From: an uncultured Planctomycetota bacterium
GTDB taxonomy: Bacteria; Planctomycetota; Planctomycetia; Isosphaerales; Isosphaeraceae
Reading direction: 5' to 3'
Assembly: GCA_963737655.1 (NCBI GenBank)
Contig: CAVTTN010000002.1
Location: forward strand, 6,720,001 to 6,784,000
Length of the DNA stretch: 64,000 nt
In this document: in pieces, positions 51,865 to 60,907 of the stretch
Layout of the letters: each line of letters opens with the position of its first letter
How positions within the stretch are numbered: the stretch's first letter is position 1
Program-made: the position numbers and the translations under genes
The notes under the pieces: generated by a model
The model's database searches: none
What the model saw: only the letters and a program-made list of their open reading frames with translations
What the model was told of the DNA's origin: nothing

Positions 51865-54747
51865 ATGAGCGGCGAGCATCCGGCGCAGGCGGGCCCCGGG
51901 GACGACGGGCCGGACGGGGCGAGGAAGCCCCTCGACAAATCGACCGGACCGGGCGACGGCTCCGAGACCCAACCCGACCTGGATTGGGAATCGGACGTCT
52001 CGGACTCGCTCGACGACGTGTTCCCCCTGGACTTCCTTTCGACGGGGCCGTCCCAGGACGCCGGGCAAACCGACTCCGCCGAGGACGAGCCGGACGTCCA
52101 GGACGCCGAAATCTGGGCCGAGACCGGCGAGGACGAGGAGATCCTGGACGCCCCCCTGGTCGAGGACTTCGACGACGGCCCCGAACACCCCGCCTCCGAG
52201 GGAGTGGATGCCGTCCTCGGCAAGTCCCGGCCGTCCGGCGAGGGCGAAGCCGTCGCGCCCCCCAGCCCGAAGGACGCGACGCTGAAAAGCGGCTCGACCA
52301 CCGCGAAGGATGCGACGCTGAAGAGCGGCTCGGCGACCTCGAAGGACGCGACGCTGAAAAGCGGCTCGGACGCCTCGAAGGATACGACCCAGACCGAGGA
52401 TATGGAGACATTCTCCGAAGGCGGATACGCCACCCTCGGCAAACGGCGCATCGCGACCGATCCGAGGGAACCGGTGATTCCGACGCCCCCACCTCCGCCT
52501 CCTCCGCCGGAGGATGAGAAGAAGACGCCGCCCCGCGTCCTCCCCCTCGCGGCCTCGCTGGTCCTGGGGGCGGTCACGGCCGGCGGGGGGATGGGGTTCT
52601 GGGCCTGGCAGGAGTCCGGCAAGCAGGCCGTCCGAATCCAGGAGAGCCAGAAACGGGAGCAGGACGCCAGGGCCCAGGCCGAGAAGGCCGAGAAGGAGCG
52701 GAAGGCAATCGCCGACAAGGCCCAGGATACTCTCGACGCCGCCAAGAAGGACGCGGAGGTCAAACTAGCCCAGGAACAGAAGCTCACCAAAGCGGCCAAC
52801 GAAGTCGCCGAACAGGCCCGAAAAGACGCCGCGGCGGCCAAGACGCAGGAAGAGATCGCGACCCAGCTTGCGAAGACGGCCAAGGAGCAGCAGGAGGAAG
52901 CGGATGCGAAGGCGGAAACCGCCCGTCATCGCGCGACCTTACTCGCCGATCGCTCGGCGGAGGGTCGGGCCAAGCTCGCCGAGGAGACTAACGACCCGAA
53001 GGAGGCCGCGGGCCATCACCTCGATGCCGCCGACCGTTTTCTGATCGCCGGAAAGCTCGACGAGGCCATCGCCCAGGCCACCAAGGCCCGCGATCGGGCC
53101 CAGAAGGCACAGGACCCGGCCGCCGAACTCGACTCGCTGTTCCTGCTCGTGGCCTCCCTGGAAAAGTCCGGCCGCCTCGAGGATGCCAGGGCCCTCTGCG
53201 ACAAGGCCCAGGCCGTCGAGGGCGGCGACCCGGCGAAGAAGAGCCGCCTGAAGAACCTGGGCGGCTACCTCGACTCGAAGAAACGGCGGGCCGAAGCGGC
53301 CAAGACCGGCGGCAACTCCCTCGGCTCGGCGCGGAGAGGCAGGCCCTCGACCCTGGTCCTCGTCCTCGCCCAGGCCCCGCCCCATGAGCTGCCCAAAGCT
53401 ATCGAGGACGAGTTGAAGGCCGCCCTGGCCGAGGTCCGGGACGACAATCCCGAGTCCTTCGCCCGGGCCGCGAGCCTGGAGATCGAGGCCGGCAACTTCT
53501 TCGCCAAGGACCAGCCGGCGAAGGCCCGGCCGCATTTCGAGGCCGTCCTCTCGCTGGCCCGTCGGGGCCTCTCGGCCTGTGCGGTCCTGGCCCTCTCGGG
53601 AGAGCGGGGCTCCACGATCAACTCCCTGATCCAGACACTTGACGCCGACTCCAAAGAGGCCGACCAGAAGCTCGCCCAACTGCCGGCCCCCACCGACCTT
53701 GCCGGCCAGTTGAAGAAGGCCAAGACGGAGCGCGACAACCTGGAAAAGTCCGAGAAACGCCTCGCCGACCTGGCCGAGCAGATCGCCTCCATGCCCGTCG
53801 GCGAGCGAAAACGCCTGGCCGAGCCGATCCCGGTTCAAAGACTCGACCCGTCGGACAACTCCAGGGAATCGGAAAAGTCCAAGCAATGGCGAGAACAGCT
53901 CTCCTCGGCGGTCTCCGGGGTGATCGCCGAACGGGCCAAGGCCGAGAAGGAGCGCGACAACCTGGAAAAGTCCGAAAAACACCTCGCCGACCTGGCCGAG
54001 CAGATCGCTTCCATGCCGGTTGGGACGCAAAAGCTCCTGGACGGGGCGCTTCCAACCCCGGATCAGAGGCTCGACCCATCGGACAAGTCCAAGGAATGGC
54101 GGGTAAGACTCTCCTCGGCCGTGAGCAAGGTCATCAACGATCGAGCCAAGGCCATCGCCCAGCGGGCCGAGGCCGAGAAGGACCGAGACCAGGCCCGAGC
54201 CGCCTTCGCCGATCGCGCCTCCTGGATCAAGACGGCCCAGGACATCGCCGGGCTCGTGGCCTATGCGACGCCCATCCCGCCCACCACCGCCGGGACCCTG
54301 GAATCGGCCGTGAGTCTCCCGTGGCGAGACGGGTTGGTGGCTCAGGTCCGCCAGGCCCTGGACAAGCGCGGGTCTCCCGTCGCAGGCTCGTCACCGTCGG
54401 TCCAACCCTCATTGCAGAACGAGGTTGCGGCGGAGGCCGAGTTCCTCAGCGGGTGGGACCTCTCGGACCGAGGACAATTCGGCCCAGCCGAGCAAGCGTT
54501 TTCCCGAGGCGGCCGGCTCCTTCCCGCAGAGCCGAAGTTTGCCTATTTCCGCGCCCTGGCCCTGCATGACGCCGGGCGGACCGCCGAGGCCGAACTGGCC
54601 GCCCGCCAGGGTGCCGCCCTGGAATGGGCCCGAGGCCCCGCGACCTCCTCGGTCGATGGCGACCTGATCCGTGTCCAGGGACCCCGGCGGCTCTGGCTCG
54701 AATCGTTCCGGACCACCGGACACGCCCCCGTCGGCGCCTCCTGGTGA
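51865..54747 (+). CDS. Membrane-anchored coiled-coil/TPR-like protein with acidic disordered N-terminus
   Basis: D/E-rich N-terminus, poly-Pro, TM (LAASLVLGAVTAGGGMGFWAW), A/K/E coiled coil, TPR-like helices, C-terminal RVQGPRRLWLE. Confidence 0.8.
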   Translation: MSGEHPAQAGPGDDGPDGARKPLDKSTGPGDGSETQPDLDWESDVSDSLDDVFPLDFLSTGPSQDAGQTDSAEDEPDVQDAEIWAETGEDEEILDAPLVEDFDDGPEHPASEGVDAVLGKSRPSGEGEAVAPPSPKDATLKSGSTTAKDATLKSGSATSKDATLKSGSDASKDTTQTEDMETFSEGGYATLGKRRIATDPREPVIPTPPPPPPPPEDEKKTPPRVLPLAASLVLGAVTAGGGMGFWAWQESGKQAVRIQESQKREQDARAQAEKAEKERKAIADKAQDTLDAAKKDAEVKLAQEQKLTKAANEVAEQARKDAAAAKTQEEIATQLAKTAKEQQEEADAKAETARHRATLLADRSAEGRAKLAEETNDPKEAAGHHLDAADRFLIAGKLDEAIAQATKARDRAQKAQDPAAELDSLFLLVASLEKSGRLEDARALCDKAQAVEGGDPAKKSRLKNLGGYLDSKKRRAEAAKTGGNSLGSARRGRPSTLVLVLAQAPPHELPKAIEDELKAALAEVRDDNPESFARAASLEIEAGNFFAKDQPAKARPHFEAVLSLARRGLSACAVLALSGERGSTINSLIQTLDADSKEADQKLAQLPAPTDLAGQLKKAKTERDNLEKSEKRLADLAEQIASMPVGERKRLAEPIPVQRLDPSDNSRESEKSKQWREQLSSAVSGVIAERAKAEKERDNLEKSEKHLADLAEQIASMPVGTQKLLDGALPTPDQRLDPSDKSKEWRVRLSSAVSKVINDRAKAIAQRAEAEKDRDQARAAFADRASWIKTAQDIAGLVAYATPIPPTTAGTLESAVSLPWRDGLVAQVRQALDKRGSPVAGSSPSVQPSLQNEVAAEAEFLSGWDLSDRGQFGPAEQAFSRGGRLLPAEPKFAYFRALALHDAGRTAEAELAARQGAALEWARGPATSSVDGDLIRVQGPRRLWLESFRTTGHAPVGASW
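52270..52389 (+). repeat. 36-bp intragenic tandem repeat (KDATLKSGSxxx x3 plus a partial unit)
   Basis: AAGGA(C/T)GCGACGCTGAA(A/G)AGCGGCTCG at 52270, 52306, 52342. Confidence 0.9.
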
Positions 54748-54954
54748 GGCTCGCCCCGGGTCGATCCATTCTCAAGGCGGGAAAGACTTTCCGCGTCTCG
54801 AACCCTCTCCCCCGCCTCGGGGGAGGGGGCGTCGGGAGGCCCGGGTTTCACCGACGAATCGACCCGGAAGGTCCGCCCCACCCCCTCGCAACCGGCCGAC
54901 CTCCCGGTTAAGCTCTCGGGGACCAGTCCCCTCCGGTGGCGGGAGGCCCTGCCC

Positions 54955-56463
54955 ATGCCGAACAAGTATTCGATCGGGAGCGTCAACCTGGTCAGCTCCA
55001 CCGACCCCTCGGCCCTCGCCCCGGGGCCGAGCCGCCTCGCCCGGGGCCCCGTTCCGCCTCCTGGTCGTCGGCGACTTCCGCGGCCATCGCGGGGCCGACT
55101 CCCCTCCGCTCGCCTCCCGGAAGCCGGTGAAGGTCGATCGCGACAACTTCGACGACGTCCTGGCCAGGCTCGCCCCGAGCCTCCAGTGGACCGGACGCGA
55201 CGCCGAATCCTCGATCTCGCTTCGGTTTACGGAAATCGACGACTTCCACCCCGACCGCGTCCTCGAACGCTCGGGGACGTTCGACGCCCTCAAGAAACTC
55301 CGCCGAGACCTGGACGACCCCTCGAAGATCGACGACGTGGCCGACCGCCTGGGCATGAGGGTCGCCCCGCCCCCCTCGGCCTCCTCGCCGCCTCCCGGCA
55401 CCGACCCCGCGCCGATCGACCTGCTCGACCAGATCCTCCTCCAGACGCCCACCGTGCCGACCGGCCCGGGGCTGCTCGGCCCGTGGGAGGCGTTCCTCGA
55501 CACCCTCACCACCGGCCATCGCGTCGCCGGCGCCGACCCCCGCCGCGCCGACCTCGACCGCGCCCTCCAATCGGCCGAGGCCGACCTCCTCCGCGCCCTC
55601 CTCCACCATCCCGAATTCCAGTCCCTGGAAGGACTTTGGCGAGGTCTCCGCTTCCTCACCCGCCGCCTCGACACCGACGGCTCGCTCTCCATCTGGGCCC
55701 TCGACGCCTCGAAATCCGAGATCGCCGCCGACCTCTCCGCCGGCGCCCCGGCCCTGAAGAAACTGCTGATCGAGCCGACCGTCGGCACCCCCGGGGGACA
55801 GCCCTGGGCCGTGATCTCGGCCGCTTTCGAATTCGGACCCGTCCCGACCGATCTGGCTACCCTGGAAGGGCTTGCGGTCGTCGGACGGGTCTGCGGCGCC
55901 CCCGTCCTGGCCGGCGCGTCCCCCGAGTTCCTCGGCGTCGAATCGCTGGCCGAGACCCCCGACCCCGACGACTGGCCGGGCCTGGCGGATTCCGACCTCG
56001 AAGCCGCCTGGTCGGCCCTCCGCCGAGGCCCGAACGCCGCGTTCCTGGGCCTGGCGATCCCCCGATTCCTCCTCCGCCAGCCCTATGGCAGCGACGGGGA
56101 ATCCATCGACACCTTCCCATTCGAAGAAATCGGCCCGGGGCAGGGGAATTCGGCCTTCCTGTGGGGCAATCCGGCCATCGCCCTCGGCGAAATGCTCGGC
56201 CGGGCCTTCTCCATCGGCGGCTGGAACCTCCGGCTCGGCACCACCAACGAGATCGACGGCCTCCCCGCCCACATCGACCGCCGGGGCGAGGAATCGCTCA
56301 TGACCCCCTGCGCCGAGGCGCCCTGGGCCTCCGGGCCGGCGAGGCGATCCTCGACCGCGGCCTGATGCCCCTGCTCTCCATCGCCGGACGCCCCGCGATC
56401 CGCCTCTCCCGGTTCCAGTCCGTGGCCGACCCGGTCCGCCCCCTGGCCGGTCGGTGGGGCTGA
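54955..56463 (+). CDS. Type VI secretion sheath-like protein, TssB-like plus TssC-like regions in one gene (two frameshifts)
   Basis: PFRLLVVGDFRG...VDRDNFDDVLARLAPSL...LRFTEIDDFHPD (TssB-like), then LLHHPEFQSLEGLWRGLRFL...PRFLLRQPYG...FLWGNPA...GLMPLLS (TssC-like); shifts near 55040 and 56320. Confidence 0.8.
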   Translation: MPNKYSIGSVNLVSSTDPSALAPGPSRLARGPVPPPGRRRLPRPSRGRLPSARLPEAGEGRSRQLRRRPGQARPEPPVDRTRRRILDLASVYGNRRLPPRPRPRTLGDVRRPQETPPRPGRPLEDRRRGRPPGHEGRPAPLGLLAASRHRPRADRPARPDPPPDAHRADRPGAARPVGGVPRHPHHRPSRRRRRPPPRRPRPRPPIGRGRPPPRPPPPSRIPVPGRTLARSPLPHPPPRHRRLALHLGPRRLEIRDRRRPLRRRPGPEETADRADRRHPRGTALGRDLGRFRIRTRPDRSGYPGRACGRRTGLRRPRPGRRVPRVPRRRIAGRDPRPRRLAGPGGFRPRSRLVGPPPRPERRVPGPGDPPIPPPPALWQRRGIHRHLPIRRNRPGAGEFGLPVGQSGHRPRRNARPGLLHRRLEPPARHHQRDRRPPRPHRPPGRGIAHDPLRRGALGLRAGEAILDRGLMPLLSIAGRPAIRLSRFQSVADPVRPLAGRWG

Positions 56464-57125
56464 TCGAGGCACGGAGCAGCGAAGGCGCGAAGAGGCTCAC
56501 GGGACGTTCCCCAAACATCAAGCGGTCGGACATCGCCCCGGCCCCAGCCGGAACCTGTTGCAAGACACCATCGCGACCGACCGCCCCAACGATCACCCCT
56601 CCTCGAATTTCTTCAAAAGCGTCGCCACAAGACCCCGATCGAGGAGCGCCCGGGGACCACACGCAGCCCCGCCGCGCAAGGCCCAAAGTGCGCCGGTTTC
56701 GGACCCATTTTTGTCCCCGAAACTATTCGGAGCCAATCGCCCGATGTTCCAGGAGGGAAATCGGTTCGGGAAACCTCACAAAAACATCCAAACACCAGCG
56801 TGTTTCCCCGCGCAGAAGTGACTGCGCATCGAAAACGGCCGTTTTTCCGCCGTTTGCGCGCTTTTTGGGGAAAATGTGTTGTCAAATATTGTCAACTTCC
56901 CAGGTTCGAGAAAATTAGCGGAAATCATGGAGTCCAGTCGGCACGATCGAAAACCCCAATAGTAGCGAGGAATCGGGGCCGCACGACGGAAGGCCGCGCG
57001 ACTCGCCTGGTCCCCTTCGCACCAGGTTTTCACGACCGCCGGGGAAACGGGTCGGAAGCCCGAAATAAGTTTATTTAGGCGATTTACGCGTTTCGCCGCT
57101 CCGGCCTCTTTGGTCTCGACGACCC

Positions 57126-58082
57126 TCAGGGGGTGTCCAGGGGGCTGCGGACCCCGAGCGGGCCGGACTGAAGAACGTGGGTATAAATCATGGTAGTGCG
57201 AACATCTTCATGCCCCAGGAGTTCCTGGACCGTCCGGATGTCGCGCCCTTCTTCCAGGAGGTGGGTGGCGAAGCTATGGCGGAGCGTGTGGGGGCTGGCC
57301 GGCTTGACCAGGCCCGCGCGGAGGGCGGCCCGTCGCACCGCCCTCTGCAGCGCCTGCTCTCCCACGTGGTGACGGCGGACCGCCCCCGATCGCGGATCGA
57401 CCGACTTCGTCCCCGCGGGGAAGACGTACTGCCAGCCGAGCGAGCGATCCGCCTCGGGATACTTCCTCGCCAGGGCGAACGGCAGGTGGACCCGCCCGAA
57501 CCCCTGGCGGAGGTCCTGCGAATGGAGGTCCTTCACCCGGGCGACCTGGCGCCGAAGCGCCTCGACCAGCGCGACCGGGAGCACCGTCACGCGGTCCTTC
57601 TGCCCTTTGCCGTCGCGAACGACCAGGTGCTTCTGCCCGAAATCCACGTCCTTGACGCGCAAGCGGACGCATTCCATCAGCCGGAGTCCGGACCCGTAAA
57701 GCAGCCCGGCCATCAGCCCGAACGTCCCGTCGAGCTGCGCCAGAAGAGCGCGAACCTCCTGGCGAGTCAGGACCACCGGCAGCCGCTCGGGCCTCCGGGC
57801 CCTGGGCAGGTCGCCAAACTCCTCCAGAGGACGCTTCACGACCTCCCGGTAGAGGAACAACAGGGCGCTGAGTGCCTGGTTCTGGGTCGAGGCCGCCACA
57901 TTCCGATCCACCGCCAGATGGGTCAGGAAGGCCCCAACCTCCACCTCGCCCATTTCCTCGGGATGCCGCTTCTCGTGAAACAAGATGAACTGCTTCGCCC
58001 AGCGGACATAAGCATCCTCAGTGCGAAGGCTATAATGCAACGTCCGGGCAGCCTCCCGGACCCGGTCCAGCAGCATCGACAT
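57126..58082 (-). CDS. intI: Integron integrase
   Basis: [44 protein letters not shown], IntI-specific insert ([12 protein letters not shown]...WQYVFP...RRHH), [26 protein letters not shown]. Confidence 0.98.
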   Translation of the reverse strand: MSMLLDRVREAARTLHYSLRTEDAYVRWAKQFILFHEKRHPEEMGEVEVGAFLTHLAVDRNVAASTQNQALSALLFLYREVVKRPLEEFGDLPRARRPERLPVVLTRQEVRALLAQLDGTFGLMAGLLYGSGLRLMECVRLRVKDVDFGQKHLVVRDGKGQKDRVTVLPVALVEALRRQVARVKDLHSQDLRQGFGRVHLPFALARKYPEADRSLGWQYVFPAGTKSVDPRSGAVRRHHVGEQALQRAVRRAALRAGLVKPASPHTLRHSFATHLLEEGRDIRTVQELLGHEDVRTTMIYTHVLQSGPLGVRSPLDTP

Positions 58083-58179
58083 GGTCGTGTCGTCCCGATC
58101 AACGAATCAAGGAAGAGAAAATCCAAAGAAAATCCTTGCAAGGCGAACTCCCCGCCGGCAAAATCAACAACCGGCCCGA

Positions 58180-58231
58180 GATTATACGTCCGAAACGACG
58201 TGATAAACCACATCATTTCGGACGTATAATC
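58180..58231. promoter_or_regulatory. 16-bp perfect inverted repeat carrying outward-facing TATAAT boxes between intI and attI
   Basis: GATTATACGTCCGAAA (58180-58195), 20-nt spacer, TTTCGGACGTATAATC (58216-58231). Confidence 0.65.
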
Positions 58232-58239
58232 CCGCAAAT

Positions 58240-58282
58240 TCGGGGATTCTGCGTCACTTTCGATGTCTACTTCATGTTAGGC
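58240..58282 (+). other. Putative attI site
   Basis: First GTTAGGC core (58276-58282) upstream of intI, at the AT-rich to GC-rich transition, not preceded by an attC hairpin. Left boundary approximate. Confidence 0.75.
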
Positions 58283-58513
58283 GGCTCAGGAGTCGAAGCC
58301 TTCGGTCGTGCTCGTCGTCGGCCTCGCCGGTCGCGCCTCGGCTCGACGACGCCATCGGTCGGGCCCCTGGAGTCGGCCTCGGCGGTGGTGCGCGTCGTCG
58401 CCCTCGCCGGCCGCGCCCCCGAGGTCGGGCCCGTCGGCCGGCGCCCCCTTGCCAACGCCGTCGGTCCGTGCCAGGATCGTCGGTGTCGGCGCGTGGGGCG
58501 TCGCCGGGGCGCC

Positions 58514-58613
58514 GCCTAACCCGGCGCTGCAGCGGACCCGGCCCGCGGTCGACGATCACTCTCCTCTCAATCTCGCCGGGCGCGGGCCGGTCCGCTGAGC
58601 TTTGTCGTTAGGC
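58514..58613 (+). other. attC site 1 (intact)
   Basis: GCCTAAC...CTGCAGCGGACC...GGTCCGCTGAG...GTTAGGC. Confidence 0.93.
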
Positions 58614-58978
58614 GGCTGACTCACGGGTCATTCGCAAGGTCTGATGGCAGCGTGCGACGTCGCCGGGGGCCCGGTCGGTCCCGTGCTTCGAGCGTCGTCG
58701 CCGCCGTGTCATCGCGCATCGCCGGTGGCCTCGGTCCTCACCGCGGTGGTGTCGTTGCCGTGGGGGCTCGCGTGCGTTCGTTGCCGCGGGGGTCTTGCGT
58801 CGTGCTCACGCGCCGCCTCCCCGTGAACTCTTCGCGCCGGCGGTTCGGCATCGGTTGATACTATGTGGGCATGATCATCGATCGGCCCGCATCCCCCCCG
58901 GCCCCCGCGACGACGGGGACGGCCCGATCCGGCTCGGCGGGGCTTGCGGTCGGGCGCCCCGCCTCCGACCCGTCGCCC

Positions 58979-60331
58979 TCACGACGGCGGCGACGGCGGC
59001 GACTTCGCCACCAGCTCGTAGCCCAGCGACCTCGCCTTGCGCCGCAGCGACCGCTCCTGCTTCGCGCGCACCTCGGCCTCGTACTCCGCCAGCGACCTCG
59101 ACACGTACTCCTCGCCGTGCCTGAGCATCCGGTACACCAGCCGCGACAGCTTGTGCGCCGTCGCCGTGATCGCCCCCCGGCCGCCGATCCGGCCCTTGAT
59201 CCGCCGGTAGAACTGGCCCGTCGCCGTCGCCGTCCGGCCCGCCGCCTGCGCCGCCATCCGCAGCGCCTGACCCACCCGGTTCTTGCCCTTGCGGGGCGTG
59301 CGACGCCGCTCGGTCTTGTTGCTCCGGTCGGTCCGCGGGCAGAGGCCCAGCCAGCTGGCGAAGTGCTTCTCGCTCGGGAACCGCCCCACGTCGCCGCCGA
59401 GCTCGGCCAGGATCACCGTCGCCGTCGTCGCGTCGATCCCCTCGATGGCCGTCAGGTCCACGCCGATCGCCCGGGCCAGCTTGGCCGGGGCGTCGAACCG
59501 CACGTCGTTGGCCTTGCGGCCGCGCTTGCGGGGCCTCGCCGCGATCGGCCGGCCTTCGGAGCGGTCGGGCAGGCGGTCCAGCTCCTCGGCGATCCGGGCG
59601 TCGCACTCGTCGACCTGGCGGTGGAGGTAGTGGTACAGGTCGGACGCCTGCCTCAGGGCGAACAGGTGCTCGGGCCGCCAGGTGCCCTCCAGGGCCCGGG
59701 CGATCTCCGCCTCGTCCCGGGCGCACCGCTCGTGCCGCAGCGCGGCCAGCTTCGTGGCGTCCCGCTCGCCGGCGAGGATCGCGGCGATGATCGCCGTGCC
59801 GGTGACGCCCGTGATGCTGCTGACGACCTCGGTCAGCTTCACATTCATCTGCTCCAAAGCCTTCTGCATGTGCTGGACGTGGTGCGAGGCGTACCGCACG
59901 AGCATCTGCCGCTGCCGCCAGTAGCCGCGCAGGGCCAGGACGGCCCCGGGCGGGCGGAAGGACGGGCGGAGCAGGCCGCACGAGTGGAGGCGCTGGAGCC
60001 ACTGGCAGTCGAGCCGGTCGGTCTTGGGCCGGGCGCCGCAGTGGCTGGCCTGGCTCGGCTCGATGAGGAAGACCTCGAAGCCGCGCGATTCGAGCAGCTC
60101 GAACAGGGGGATCCAGTAGACGCCGGTGGACTCCAGGACCACCGAGGTGACGCCCTCGGCCCGGAACCAATCGGCCAGGGCGTGGAGGTCGGCCGAGCAG
60201 GCGCCGAAGGTGCGGACCCGTCCGGGCCCGACGCAGGCGACGTGGTTGTCGGAGTGGACGTCGACGGCGGCGGCGTGGGGGTGGACGACCGGCAGGGACG
60301 CGTCGGGATCGGGGGGCGTGCGGCGACTCAT
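58979..60331 (-). CDS. IS110-family DEDD transposase/recombinase
   Basis: AAVDVH, VLESTGVYW, KTDRLD catalytic residues; C-terminal FPSEKHFASWLGLCP...S and AITATAHKLSRLVYRML. Confidence 0.96.
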   Translation of the reverse strand: MSRRTPPDPDASLPVVHPHAAAVDVHSDNHVACVGPGRVRTFGACSADLHALADWFRAEGVTSVVLESTGVYWIPLFELLESRGFEVFLIEPSQASHCGARPKTDRLDCQWLQRLHSCGLLRPSFRPPGAVLALRGYWRQRQMLVRYASHHVQHMQKALEQMNVKLTEVVSSITGVTGTAIIAAILAGERDATKLAALRHERCARDEAEIARALEGTWRPEHLFALRQASDLYHYLHRQVDECDARIAEELDRLPDRSEGRPIAARPRKRGRKANDVRFDAPAKLARAIGVDLTAIEGIDATTATVILAELGGDVGRFPSEKHFASWLGLCPRTDRSNKTERRRTPRKGKNRVGQALRMAAQAAGRTATATGQFYRRIKGRIGGRGAITATAHKLSRLVYRMLRHGEEYVSRSLAEYEAEVRAKQERSLRRKARSLGYELVAKSPPSPPS

Positions 60332-60359
60332 GGCGAGGGCTCCGGCGGGTGGGGGGCCA

Positions 60360-60580
60360 AGCCGTCGCGGGCCGAGAGGGGGTCCGGGGACGAGGTAGTC
60401 TCCCCGACGGGAACGTCGCGGGGCCGTGTTGACACGGCGCCGCGGGTCACCAATGATGGGGCCACGGCCTCTCGGGCCAAGCTAACCTGCGGGCGGCGAG
60501 CACCAGGGAGATGACGGCCGGGAGGCCCGCGGCGGCGACGCCGATCGTACCGCGCCCCGGTTCACGTCCGTCGGGGAGCG
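60360..60580 (-). ncRNA. Putative bridge/seek RNA of the IS110 element (boundaries and strand inferred)
   Basis: Non-coding, hairpin-rich, conserved in blocks with the 380-bp mini-elements; contains CTAACCT (target match) and CTCCCCG (element-end match). Confidence 0.65.
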
Positions 60581-60601
60581 GTCGCAGGCCGCGCGGAGAG
60601 T

Positions 60602-60698
60602 TAACCTTGCGCTGCAGCGGACCCGGCCACGGGCCGCGCCTTGTGTCCTTTCCGGCTCGTCGGTCCGTGGACCGGTCCGCTGAGCTTTGGCGTTAGGC
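60602..60698 (+). other. attC site 2 (left box interrupted by IS110)
   Basis: TAAC...CTGCAGCGGACC...GGTCCGCTGAG...GTTAGGC. Confidence 0.92.
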
Positions 60699-60907
60699 GG
60701 CTGACTCACGGGTCATTCGCGAGGCCCGTTCGCAGCGAAGCAAGCGACGTCGCCGGCGGCTCGGTCGGTCCCGTGCTTCGAGCGTCGTCACCGCCGTGTC
60801 GTCGAACATCGCCGCGGGCATCGGTCCTCACCGCCGCGGGTTCGTTGCCGTGGGGTCTCGCGTGCGTTCGTTGCCGTCGGGGTCTTGCGTCGTGCCTTCG
60901 CGCCGCC

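Larger units (their letters stand above)
58818..60601 (-). mobile_element. IS110-family element inserted in attC site 2
   Basis: Splits GCC (58815-58817) from TAAC (60602-60605); no flanking duplication beyond one T; short inverted motif CGTGAAC (58822-58828) / GTTCACG (60560-60566); 270-bp non-coding region upstream of the transposase. Confidence 0.92.

Noticed and set aside
54955..56463. A complete type VI secretion system
   Set aside because: Only one sheath-like gene; no tube, spike, baseplate or membrane-complex genes in the window.
56470..57120. AT-richer intergenic stretch as a gene or RNA
   Set aside because: No credible ORF, tRNA/rRNA signature or repeat found by eye.
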